The notes under the pieces are model-generated. The model was not told where the DNA came from and did no database searches. It saw only the letters and a list, made by a program, of their open reading frames with translations. A stretch of DNA of 64,000 nt from Podarcis liolepis (Eukaryota), in assembly GCA_965112155.1 (NCBI GenBank), contig OZ218099.1. One strand, written 5' to 3'. The translations under genes were made by a program, and so were the position numbers. Shown here in pieces: positions 11,764 through 22,450 of the stretch. The first letter of the stretch is position 1, and each line of letters opens with the position of its first letter.

Positions 11764-12816
11764 CTGCACAATGGACGAAGAAAAAAAACTTCAGGACAAC
11801 TCTCAGTTCCTCTTAGTGGCAGCAACACCACTGCACGCTCAGCTCTCCATGGTGAAAGGGGGTCATTTCTGCAGGCTGGCTCCAGCATATGCAGCCATGC
11901 CTAGAAATGTCAAGGCATGCACTGGAGCCTCTGTGCTCAAACAAAGGGGCGCTGCTTGCAATGTGAGATGCAGTCAGCCATGGTAACTGCTGTAGCTCCT
12001 AAGCCACCATCTCCCTCTTTCAGAGAAGTCAATAGAGCTACCTAAAATTGACTCCTCTTTTCAGTTTACGTGACTGGCTGTAGGGGAACGTGCTCATGAG
12101 GAAACGTTTCCTACCCACTGTTCTACAAGCTGACCCGGTTTATAAAAACCACGCCTTGTGTGAAATCGCATGACTGGATTTTCAAGTGATGAGCATGTCA
12201 CACAATATTATTGCCCTACTTGCTGTAGGGTTACTCTCTGTCACGGGCCACTTATCACCCAAATATGTATGGCAAGCCTGGCGTGGTCATGTTAACATTA
12301 AAAGGCCACAAGACACACATCTGAATATTTAGTGATGACCAAGTGATAAACCCCCTGCTAGCTCAGTGTAGATGTTTCAAATGCAGGCAGCCTCCTGGGT
12401 TTGGCTTCCCCTCCTGCCTAATTTTTACACACTGACCTCTTCCCTTTTTAACAGAGCTAACAAACATGTAGTAGTAAGAATCACTTTGTGAATGAGTTAT
12501 GCCCTGTAGACATACAAAGGTTTTTTCTGAAAGAAAATACCATATTGCCCAAGAGGAAGGATGCGGCTATTGGCATCTGTTTTAAAAAGAGTTCTTGAGA
12601 AATCTTAATCTTAATACATTACATGATGAGGGAGCACAATGTCTGACCTCCATATTAGCAGTCCCCAAATAATAGCTTTCTGGAGGTGGAAGCAACATCC
12701 AAACAAGACATAAACATGACAGTTACAGACCACCAAACAATATCACTTCACTAAGTTGTGGTGTGAACGGCTGCAAACGTCAAATCTTTCCTCCCCTGAA
12801 GAAACTTAAAGGACTA

Positions 12817-13032
12817 CAGTAGTACCTCGTTTTGTGACCGGGATCCATTCTGGAGCCCCGGTCGCTGGCCAAAAAGGATGCTGGCCAAAGTGCCACATCT
12901 GCGTGCGGAGCAGTTTGCACATCTGTACATGTGGCAAACCCGGAAGTAGCCTGTTCTGGTACTTCTGGGTTTGCCGCGGACGTTCGACAGAATGGGTGCT
13001 CGACGAGGCGGACACTAGACGAGGTGCCACTG
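12817..13032. mobile_element. Tc1/mariner-pogo (Tigger-like) MITE
   Basis: TA|CAGTAGTACCTCGTTTTGTG ... CACTAGACGAGGTGCCACTG|TA; TA TSD. Confidence 0.85.
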
Positions 13033-13409
13033 TATTTAGTTCCATGTTTTTATGCTTTGCAAAGCTGCAGCTGTCCAGTAGGTGGCACTGCTTTATCGTG
13101 TATTATAATCTCTCACTCTCATTCTCTCTCACACACACAAATAGTGTATTCATTCTCTGTGTACTGATCCTTATGTAATGAAAATGGCACTATCCGTAAC
13201 ATAAAGGGGGTGCCCCTACACACACATGCAACATCCCACGTAAGATGGCACATGGAGAGTGCCAGTTGTCAGTGCTATTTTTTCTAGAAAAAGAGGTGCC
13301 AGAACTGAGTTCTGGCGAGTTCCTGCTGAAAAAAGCATTGCTTGTTGATGTAAATGGAAATCTGGAGGGAGAAGGAAAGGAAAGGAGTGTCTTCAAAGGC
13401 CATTAGGAA

Positions 13410-13900
13410 TTCTAGGAAAATAAGAAGAGCCTGCTGGACCCAGGACCCATCTAGTCCAGCATCCTATTCTCACAGGGGCCAATCACATACCTGTGTGAAA
13501 CTTGCAAGCTGGACATGAGAGCAACAGCACTCTGCCCGTCTGCTTACCCAGAAAGTGGTAATCAGAGGCACACTGCCTCCGACAGTGAAGGTAGAATATA
13601 ACCATCATGTCTATTAGCCACTGATAGCCTTGCCCTCCATTAATTTGTCTAATCTTTTAAAGACATCCAAGTTGATGGCCATCACTGCCTCCTGTGGCAG
13701 TGAGTTCCATAGTTCACTAGGCACTGTGTGAACAAGGACTTTCTTTCATCTGTCCCAACTCTTCCAACTTTCAGCTTCTTCAAATGTCCATGAGTTCTGG
13801 TGTTACAAAAGAGGGAGAAACACTTTTCTATATCCACTTTCTCCATGCCATGCATAATTTTACAAACTTCTACCATGTCCCCTTTCATTTGCACTTCCTA
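13410..13900 (-). mobile_element. CR1 LINE 3' fragment (degenerate)
   Basis: ORF 13682-13894 KGDMVEVCKIMHGMEKVD...NTRTHGHLKKL resembles the CR1 ORF2 C-terminus; 3'UTR gatgctggactagatggg. Confidence 0.85.
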
Positions 13901-14101
13901 ACACTTTGTGTTCTTTGTGTATACTCTCTTGCCATACTTGCCACAAGCCTGCAAATCAGAGTCAGTATTGTGCTATATGGCTGAGGCTGAGAGAAGAGCA
14001 GTTTGCCAAAATGACGGGTGGTATTTGAAGGAGGGATTTCTCAGTTTGTAGCACAATCTCCTAGTTGCTATGCTTTATTTGCAGGGCTCTAATCCTTATA
14101 G

Positions 14102-14554
14102 TTAAAGCTATGGTTTTCCTTAAAGCCATGGTTTTCCCAGTAGTGATGTATGGAAGTGAGAGCTGGACCATAAAGAAGGCTGATTGCCGAAGAATTGATG
14201 CTTTTGAATTATGGTGCTGGAGGAGACTCTTGAGAGTCCCATGGACTGCAAGAAGAGCAAACCTCTCCATTCTTAAGGAAATCAGCCCTGAGTGCTCCCT
14301 GGAAGGACAGATCCTGAAGCTGAGGCTCCAATACTTTGGCCACCTCATGAGAAGAGAAGACTCCCTGGAAAAGACCCTGATGTTGGGAAAGGAGAAGGGG
14401 ACGACAGAGGACGAGATGGTTGGATAGTGTTCTCGAAGCTACCAGCATGAGTTTGACCAAACTGTGGGAGGCAGTGGAAGACAGGAGTGCCTGGCGTGCT
14501 CTGGTCCATGGGGTCACAAAAAGTCGGACATGACTAAACAACTAAACAACAACA
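14102..14554 (+). mobile_element. BovB (RTE) LINE 5'-truncated 3' end
   Basis: KAMVFPVVMYGSESWTIKKADCRRIDAFELWCWRRLLRVPWTARR...LQYFGHLMRREDSLEKTLMLGK is the BovB ORF C-terminus; (CAA)n tail; TSD aatccttatag (14091-14101) / aatcctcatag (14555-14565). Confidence 0.93.
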
Positions 14555-14948
14555 AATCCTCATAGATACTGCTACCTGCAGTTCATAATGTAAGAGCCAC
14601 TTTATTCCTGGCATCTTGTACTTTGGCACAAAAACCAGAATAAAAAATACACACACAAAATCACAGGCCTTTTACCTGCTACCTGATCCCTGCTAACTGG
14701 TGATGCAAGGACTGAACCTGGTGCCTTTTACATGCAAGGCATAAGCTTGTATATACATACAACACAGTGCTTTGATTTACCCCAATGACAATTGTGAAGG
14801 ACACAAACTTTCATGCAAACAATTTGTTAGTTTCATCTGCATGTTATTTTATTGCTTCCAGGCATTTTTGTAGTTGCATATGTTCCTGTAACTCTACAAA
14901 ACTATTAAATAAATTGTTCTTAGCACTGTGCATAGAAGTGGCATCTGG

Positions 14949-15311
14949 CAGCAGCAGAGCATATGGCTGCGCTGCCCAGGGCAGGCGCACTCCTGAGGGG
15001 GGCATGGCACAGAGGGTGCCCTCCTAGGCGCAGGATAGCCACTCAGGTGCCCTGCAGCCGGTGGTGGAGCAAGCCGCCCATGGCAGACATTCAGCGCGCC
15101 ACCTGCCCGCGACTCCCAAGCCTCCCCCAAGCTGTCAAAATGAAGGGGGAAGGGGGGAATGCCTCCGGCAAAGCGGCGCAGCTCCCCCCTTACCCCGACG
15201 GCTTGGGGTAGAATTGGGAGTCACGGGTGGGGGGCATGCCAAATGTCACCCCCCTCAGTGAGGGCACCCAGGGCGGTCCGTCCTCATCACCCCCCCTTTC
15301 CTACATCCCTC
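14949..15311. mobile_element. GC-rich non-autonomous hAT-type (Tip100-like) element
   Basis: Shares end motif tgtcacccccctcag..ggcacccggggcgg..cccctt(t)cct with 49676-49854; putative TSD gcatctgg/gcatctct. Confidence 0.65.
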
Positions 15312-17619
15312 GCATCTCTGGTAAAGGACTGTTCCCACTTCTGCACATTTGAAGGGGAAATAGCTATTGATCCACAGATTTGCCCTTGCTAACTGAAGAT
15401 ATGTATGGATATGATGTCCTCTTGAAATCTATGCCTGCATTAAATGAGCAGCCATCTTAAAAGCAGCAGGGAATAATATTCTTGCCTCTCTCTTTCTGCT
15501 ACCCAGCCATTACCATGCATTGCCTCTGTTTCCTCTTCAACATCTCCCAAATCAATTATTTTCTCTCTGCTAAAATTATCATTTGCGACCAGTTCCTGTC
15601 TCTCCAAGTCTACTGTAACGTCTTGTCCTGATCAATATGCCTGCAGTCTTTCCTTTCTCGTGTCAACTAGAAACACCTTTGGTAAAATTTCTCCACCCAC
15701 CTGTCACACCCTGTGGAATCCTGTCACCTCTCTCATCAAGTGAACGCTGGTACCCTGCTGTTTTGCACTTCAAACCCAAGCTTCTAGCTCTGGCATGGAA
15801 TGCAGACTCTCTTATTTGCCTCTGCTTCTCTCCTTGCTTTCCCTGTTTTGCACAAGGACATTGTGACATCATCCCACTTTGGCTGCCCTCTCCTGCTGCA
15901 GCTATCATGGAGTTTCCTAGGCCTGGAAAAGCACTTCCTGTCTTATCCAGCTAGTCACCTCCTCTGCCTTCAAAAGTCCACCAAATTCTGTAAAGCCTTT
16001 CCTGCGCTGCTAGAGTCTCCATTTTTCCTGCCACCACTTAAACTCTTCCCACTCTCAACTTATTTCTCTTAACGTTCCCCAAAGGCCACTTCAATGAGAC
16101 TTTAAATTACAAGTGAGCAGTGGCCAGGAAAGGACTGGATACCTACTCAAGGGCTTTTTAAAGAGACAGACAACTAAATATACATATGGACTTAGTTCAC
16201 ATTGAGATGTATAGCACATGTATTTTGTGCTCATAAATCATATTCAAATTCCAAAACAGCCTGTTTTCAAGATGACTGCAAACCCTCTGGGCTGGGCATG
16301 TGCAGATCACAGCTTCGTAAATGGGGTTTGAAGGCACAGCAAAACCAAACAGCTAAAGCAGTTTGGGTGAAGACATACCTCTGGTGTGTACAGAAATGTG
16401 CAAATATGACTTGGAAAAGTGGCAGGGAAGAATGACTTTGCTTCATTTTAAGCCACTAATGTGTACGCAGCCTCAGACTTGGTGCTAAATGAGGCTTAAG
16501 GCATTCTAGCAATAAGAATGCGCAGATTGCTTACAAGGAGCAGCTATGATACTTGCTCAGCTATAGCTTGTGCCTCTCAACAATCAAGGAATTCTCTGAT
16601 TCACACAAAGTAACTGCATAAGCTGAGGACCACTTCTGATGTTACAGTTCCTGCTCCCTTTTGCTTATTCCCTGGAGCTACTGAAACTTTTCAAATACAA
16701 AACATCCCTCTTCCATGTCCTCCTTCCCCCATTCCCAGACACATAGATGCTCAGTGAGACCTGAAAGTTACTGGGGCCAGAAGTACTTCATCTAAGTCCA
16801 ACCCCTTGCATGGTTTTCGACTTGTTAAAAAAACAAAAACAACCGGTAACAAAGCAACCATGACACAGCCACTGGCTGGCACATGTGGAAAGTGCTCAGA
16901 GTAGGGTTTCAGACCCACGAGAAGATACCATTCCTACAGGCAGGAAGATGTAAACCTGTAACCATTTGCTCCCCTAGTTCCTGCAAATGTTTTCAGAAAG
17001 CAAGTAGGCAGAAGAGATGATGCTGGAAGCTGCCCAGAAAGAGCAGCAGGATCAGTAAATGGTTTCTGCCACTGAGTGCCAAAACTCCAATCATAAAAAG
17101 ACACCACATGAGAACAGGCTCCCCTGATTCCACACATCAATGTGCTTAAGAAGAGAACTAAAGAGAAAACACTTTTCATTTCATTTCATTTCATTTCTTT
17201 TCTTTTTTTACTGCCCCAAAGAACAATTTGAGATTAACTGTATAATCAAGCTGTTATTTCCGTCCTTCAGGTTTATCCGTACTTCTTGACCTCTGCAGTG
17301 TTGTCAACATTTGCATTTGCACAGTGTTAGCCAAGAAAATCCACCTCAGCAAAGTCTTTAAAATGAAGACATATGCAAATTCTAACCCTTGGGAAAATGA
17401 CAAAAATGTCATGTGTGTTCTGAGTGAATGACTTTCACTCTAAATTCCAGGTCAAGGGTGGAGTGGGGGATGCTAATTAATTCAAGATAAGCTTGTCTCC
17501 CACCCCTGAAACTTTCCATGCAATCACTGTCTGCGTAATTGTGTTATCTGAACAGCAACATACCACAGTGCATTATCCACAACCAGCAGGCTGCTGTTTG
17601 CCTTGAACCAGCAATTTAC

Positions 17620-17707
17620 CTATCTGTATGTAGCCGTCAGATGTCCTGTGGTACTTGAATGCTGTTGCTCTTCCCTCCTGCAGGGCTTCCTTATCTGACT
17701 GGAGACT
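17620..17707 (-). CDS. MGAT4B: MGAT4B coding exon 13
   Basis: tgcacAG|AGT CTC CAG...CAG ATA G|GTAAAT; SLQSDKEALQEGRATAFKYHRTSDGYIQI(G). Confidence 0.95.
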
Positions 17708-18201
17708 CTGTGCAGGAAAAGAGACAATCTTTGCAAAAAGCCAGCAAGGAGGATTTAGGCAGCCTGCTGCGGGTACATTTTAAACCACTATGGTCATAAA
17801 ACATCAGGCAATGTTTACTTTTTCAGAGACACAGAATTACTCTAGCATACTTGGTTGCTGGAAGACCTTCTCTATGCTTTCAAGGACCCTCCCCCCCCCA
17901 AAAGTGTATTAAAATATACCTTGTAAGGACTACCTTCTTCCTGCCATAGGTAGTGTACTTTAAATAAAGAATGAATAAGCAGGCTTGCTCCTAGGTTTTG
18001 GAAAAATGCCTCAGGAATTAGAATTAGAATTCAGATTAGGTGGCACAGGCTTCTCAGAAGCTTCCATTGCTAAGCCCATTGACCCCATACATATTCTTCT
18101 CATGGTATCCAACCACAAAGTAACAAAAATCTGGGTTATAATCTCCTAAACCTTTGTCTCCCCCCTCACCTGAACTCCTATGGTAAGCTCAGTAAACTTA
18201 C

Positions 18202-18280
18202 ATCAAAAGGTAACACTTCCACAGTTGTGTTGAAGAGCTTGTCTTCAGGGTGTTCAATATTGCCACTGCGAAAGAAAAAC
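18202..18280 (-). CDS. MGAT4B: MGAT4B coding exon 12
   Basis: cccacAG|G TTT TTC TTT...TTT GAT|GTAAGT; FFFRSGNIEHPEDKLFNTTVEVLPFD. Confidence 0.96.
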
Positions 18281-19019
18281 CTGTGGGGCAGGAACCAGCA
18301 ATGAATGCACAGCTTCACGGGGCATGTAACACAGAAGGACCCCACCAGGCATAAGCTCACCCAACAGGGGCCTCTCTTCCCACAGAAAGCCGCATTTGCG
18401 AGAAAGATGGCTCTAAGTGCACAAACAACTAATTATGGGTTGATTGTTTGATTGCGCTTGCAAATTAAGCACTCCATCGCATATGAATGAATATCAGTAA
18501 GAAGTGCAATTATCTACTCCTGTGATGAGAACAGTTCACTATTCAGTGATACCAAGCTGGAAAAGTAAGAAGTGACTCCTTGTGCTTCCTGAACGGATTC
18601 TAGGAAGGATAAAGCCACACACACAAGACATTCTCATGTTAACAAATCGAGAGGGAGAGGAAGAACACCCACCCACCCACCCACCCACCCTGGACATTAA
18701 ATTCTCAGGGAAATTTAACAGACAAACCAATGGACTTCTACATACCACATTCAATTTCCCCCATAATTCCTGCACATGATTTAAGTTGTAGACCAGGGGC
18801 CAGATTCAGTTCATGAGTTCTGCTAGTAGAAGCCAGTGCAAGATTCTTCTGCTAGCACAATAGGACTTTTTGCCCTCTCACCTCCCACCACCTTCCTAAA
18901 TTGTCTGGAGTGTGTGTGTTAGGGGAACCCCTAGACCAGCACATGGGGGACGGAGAAGGGAGATCATTCTGTCTGGCAAGCTGATGCAATAAACTCAGCA
19001 CTACATTCAATCCCTCCCC

Positions 19020-19240
19020 TGGAATGGCAACTTGTGGCACTCCAGAGACCGCTGGACCACAAAAGCCCTGCTTGGCCTATCATTATGCTCTCAGAGGGGC
19101 CAGCCCAATGCCTAAGGGAAGCTCACAAGCAAGACATGAGTGCAATAGAATTCTCTCGCTCATGAGCCTCATATCAATGGCTGGGACTGATGGGATTTGG
19201 AGTCTAGTTACATCTGGAGAGCCACAGGTTCCTCATTCCT
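19020..19240. mobile_element. Degenerate hAT MITE (family of 152-286)
   Basis: caacttgtggcactccagaga ... gctgggactgatgggatttggagtc...catctggagagccacaggtt. Confidence 0.6.
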
Positions 19241-19694
19241 ATTGTAGATGAATATTTCTTAGTGGTATCAAAATGAGGCAAAACCTCATAGAGCCACTAA
19301 AGGGAGGAAACACACACAGACAGGCTGAACTTTCATGAAAGCGCTACACATGATTCACAATGGTATCGGAACCAAAAACAAACAAAACCTAATTAAGCAT
19401 ACCCTGTTAGAAAGCAGGATGGGGTCTAGGTGACTTGGGCACCACTGAGACTTGGGTAGAATTCCCTTTGTAACTGAAAAAGCCAATTAATTTCATCTGT
19501 GCTTTAGTTTACTATCTGTAAGGCTGTGCAGGCAGAACTGAAAGCTAAAAGGCCATATGTGGGAGAAGCAGGGTGATGAGTGGATGAGATGCAACCTGCC
19601 TTTCAGATGAACTCATGTTCTACCACAGGGGAGAGGGGATGAGTGACTTTTAAATGTCAAGCTAATCTTCCTCCACAAATCTCCATATACTCAC

Positions 19695-19888
19695 CGTTCA
19701 ATGCGTAGGGGCTTAAAGAAGCGAAAGCGTATGAAGTCACCCGCTGTGGGGGTAAATGCCCAAAAGAAATCTTCCCTCAGATACGCTTTCTCTAAGGAGA
19801 AGTGCTGGTAGGTTTTCAGACTGGTGCTAACTTCTGCAGGAGGGTTGACGTGTTCTTTTCGAAGCGCTTGCTTTCCAAAATCTTTGTC
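19695..19888 (-). CDS. MGAT4B: MGAT4B coding exon 11
   Basis: atgttgAG|GAC AAA GAT...GAA CG|GTGAGT; [64 protein letters not shown](R); acceptor is the rare GAG type. Confidence 0.94.
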
Positions 19889-20079
19889 CTCAACATGCAA
19901 GGTAAAAGCAAAACAATTCAAACTATATAAAACTGTGTTTCCTACTCCCATTGCACTTTTATGGAAATACTGCTATTCTGATGCATGGGCAGTGGTGGGG
20001 CTGCTTTAATTAAGGGGGGCTTTAAATATTTCCTCCCTAGCCTCACTCTCCTTCTGTATCCCCTGAGCCAATGAACATC

Positions 20080-20815
20080 ATCACCATCCAGGCTGCTGTT
20101 TGGGCTTCAAAAAACCTTAGCTTTATCTCTGTTCTCTCCTTCCGCTTTGCTCCCTCTATATATTCAGTCCATCACCAAAGTCATGTCACTTCTGCCTGCA
20201 CATGGTGAAAATACACCCCAGCAAGAAACTCTGGTTCACAAGCCAGTCATCTCCTGCCTTTGTATCTTTTCCTTGCTGGGCTTCTGTTGTCACTGCTCAG
20301 GCCCCTCATTTCTATCATTCACCTCTCTCATCACTCCAGTCTCTCAGACAATGTGATGCCTCTCTTTAAATATCAGCACTGGCCTCCTGTCCACCCTGGG
20401 ATCCAGCACAAACCCCTCACTCTTATCTTCAAAAGCACGCCATGGCCTTGGCTCCCCTTTTCTTTCCACGCTTGTATGTCAATATATCCCTGACTAAGAC
20501 GGTTTATTATTATTTTTGTTTAGAAAAAATATATAGTCCTCTTAATCAAAAATAAATAAATCTTTAAGGGGTATACATAAAGCAAAGAGAAACAGACAAA
20601 TAAGCAAATATTAGTTTGCATAACTGTTGCTCTTCAAACTCCCTCCCTCCCACCCCATCCCAACTTCTGTCTGCCCTTTCTCTCACATTGCCCCACATGC
20701 CTGGAACTCCCTTCCAAGAACACATGCAACATTGCCCTTCTCACTCTGTCTTCAAATCTATCCTCAAAACTCCCTATTTCTGTGATGCCTCTGGCAATAC
20801 CCCTCTCTCCTGAGT
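20080..20815 (+). mobile_element. Old LINE2-like fragments (antisense to MGAT4B)
   Basis: cactggcctcctgtcc...cagcacaaacccctcactcttatcttcaaa and ctggaactcccttcc...ttcaaatctatcctcaaaac are typical L2 ORF2-end motifs; similar pieces at ~4250-4400 and ~4730-4860. Confidence 0.55.
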
Positions 20816-20840
20816 CCTCTCCTTGGGAAAGGGTGGAAAA

Positions 20841-20843
<3 letters not shown>

Positions 20844-20902
<59 letters not shown>

Positions 20903-20903
20903 A
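20844..20903 (+). repeat. (AAAG)n microsatellite, ~15 units
   Basis: agaaagaaagaaag... seen directly. Confidence 0.97.
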
Positions 20904-21388
20904 ACTTAAGAATCCTAGAACTAGATCTTTAGATTGTAGTTTTGGTAGAGCTCACTGAAACTAGTACAACTCTTGAATGTTTGCATGGCGTTCCTGTCCT
21001 CTGCCCAGACTCACTTTCCAAAGAACACTGCTGATATGAGGCTTTTAAAGCTGCTGCAACACATAGCTGCTGAACGCTGGCTAGCAGCTATTAATCAGAG
21101 TTGATACCTGCCATGCTCCAGTTCCCTTGGCTCCTGACCCTGATGCCTCGCCTTTGCTTCCAAGCCATTAACAATTTCTTTCATACTCTGTCAGTGAAGC
21201 ATCCACTCCTTCTCTGCAGAAGAAGCACAACTGACCTCTCTTCCCTAGGGAAGGCACCTGCATTTGAAAGCACCTGCTTTCCCTGCCTAAACTGCTACAC
21301 ATATTTGAAAACTTATCACATTTTACAATATAAATTTGCCCAATGCATAGGGATGCAGTTTCCCAGTGCTATGACGTCACATACTCAC

Positions 21389-21496
21389 TTTCAGCTTCTG
21401 TATTTTACCAGCGAGGGAGGAGTGGGTTCCTACGTGCTGGAAGAGTGAGGGCTTGAAGCGTATCCTCAGGTTTGCCTTCTGTCTGTCACAATGTTT
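21389..21496 (-). CDS. MGAT4B: MGAT4B coding exon 10
   Basis: attttAG|AAA CAT TGT...CTG AAA|GTGAGT; [36 protein letters not shown]. Confidence 0.96.
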
Positions 21497-21758
21497 CTAA
21501 AATAATAATAATAAATAATAATAATAATATATAAAAATCAAGATTTGTGCTTCCTGCTTAGGAGGAAGCACAAAGCAGGAAATAGGTTGGTTAACCACTT
21601 TCAGTCAAGTTTGCCATTAGTGACTTTTTAACTGTATGTGTGAAAGAAGTGGCTTCAAAGAAGGCATGTCCAAACCACACTTAAGGTGCTATTTCCTTCC
21701 TCACCCTAAGGCTGTGTACACACAATGGGTGGGATTCAGCTAATGAGTCCCACTTGAG

Positions 21759-22015
21759 CAGGGGTAGGCAACCTAAGGCCCGGGGGCCAGATCCGGCCCA
21801 ATCGCCTTCTCAATCTGGCCTGCGGATGGTCTGGGAATCAGAGTGTTTTTACACGAGTAGAATGTGTGCTTTTATTTAAAATGCATCTCTGGGTTATTTG
21901 TGGGGCATAGGAATTCATTCCTTTCCCCCCCCAAAATATAGTCTGGCCCACCATGTGGTCCTGAGGGACGGTGGACCGGCCCACGGCTGAAAAATGTTGC
22001 TGGCCCCTGCCCCTG
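21759..22015. mobile_element. Non-autonomous hAT element
   Basis: CAGGGGTAGGCAACC ... GTTGCTGGCCCCTG(cccctg); TSD cacttgag/cactagaa; near-identical to 45699-45921. Confidence 0.88.
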
Positions 22016-22201
22016 CACTAGAAGAAGCCAGCACCAGTGCTCCTGCTAGCACAACAGGGCTTCTCTCCTGTAAACCTCCAGAAATGGGCTCTGGGGAGTG
22101 TTGAGACAACCCCAGAAGAGTGGAGCAGAGGGAGAGAGAGAGTATTGTTCCATGGGGGAAGCTGAAATGCTTGCACTGACTAAAAAACTCCCACTGCACT
22201 A

Positions 22202-22450
22202 CAGTTGCACCTTGGTTTTCGAACAGCTTAGTTCTCAAATATTTTGGCTCCTGAACACCACAAACCCGGAAGTGATTGTTCTGGTTTGCAAACTATTTTT
22301 GGAAGCCGAATGTCCGGCAGGGTTTCTGTGCTTTCAAATGGCTGCAGGAGCTTCCTGTAGCCAATCAGAAGCCGCAATTTAGTTTCCGAATGTTTTGGAA
22401 GTTGAACGGACTTCCAGAATGGATTCTGTTTGACTTCTGAGGTATGACTG
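22202..22450. mobile_element. Tc1/pogo (Tigger-like) MITE
   Basis: TA|CAGTTGCACCTTGG ... CTGAGGTATGACTG|TA; internal aaacccggaagt motif shared with 12817-13032. Confidence 0.8.
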
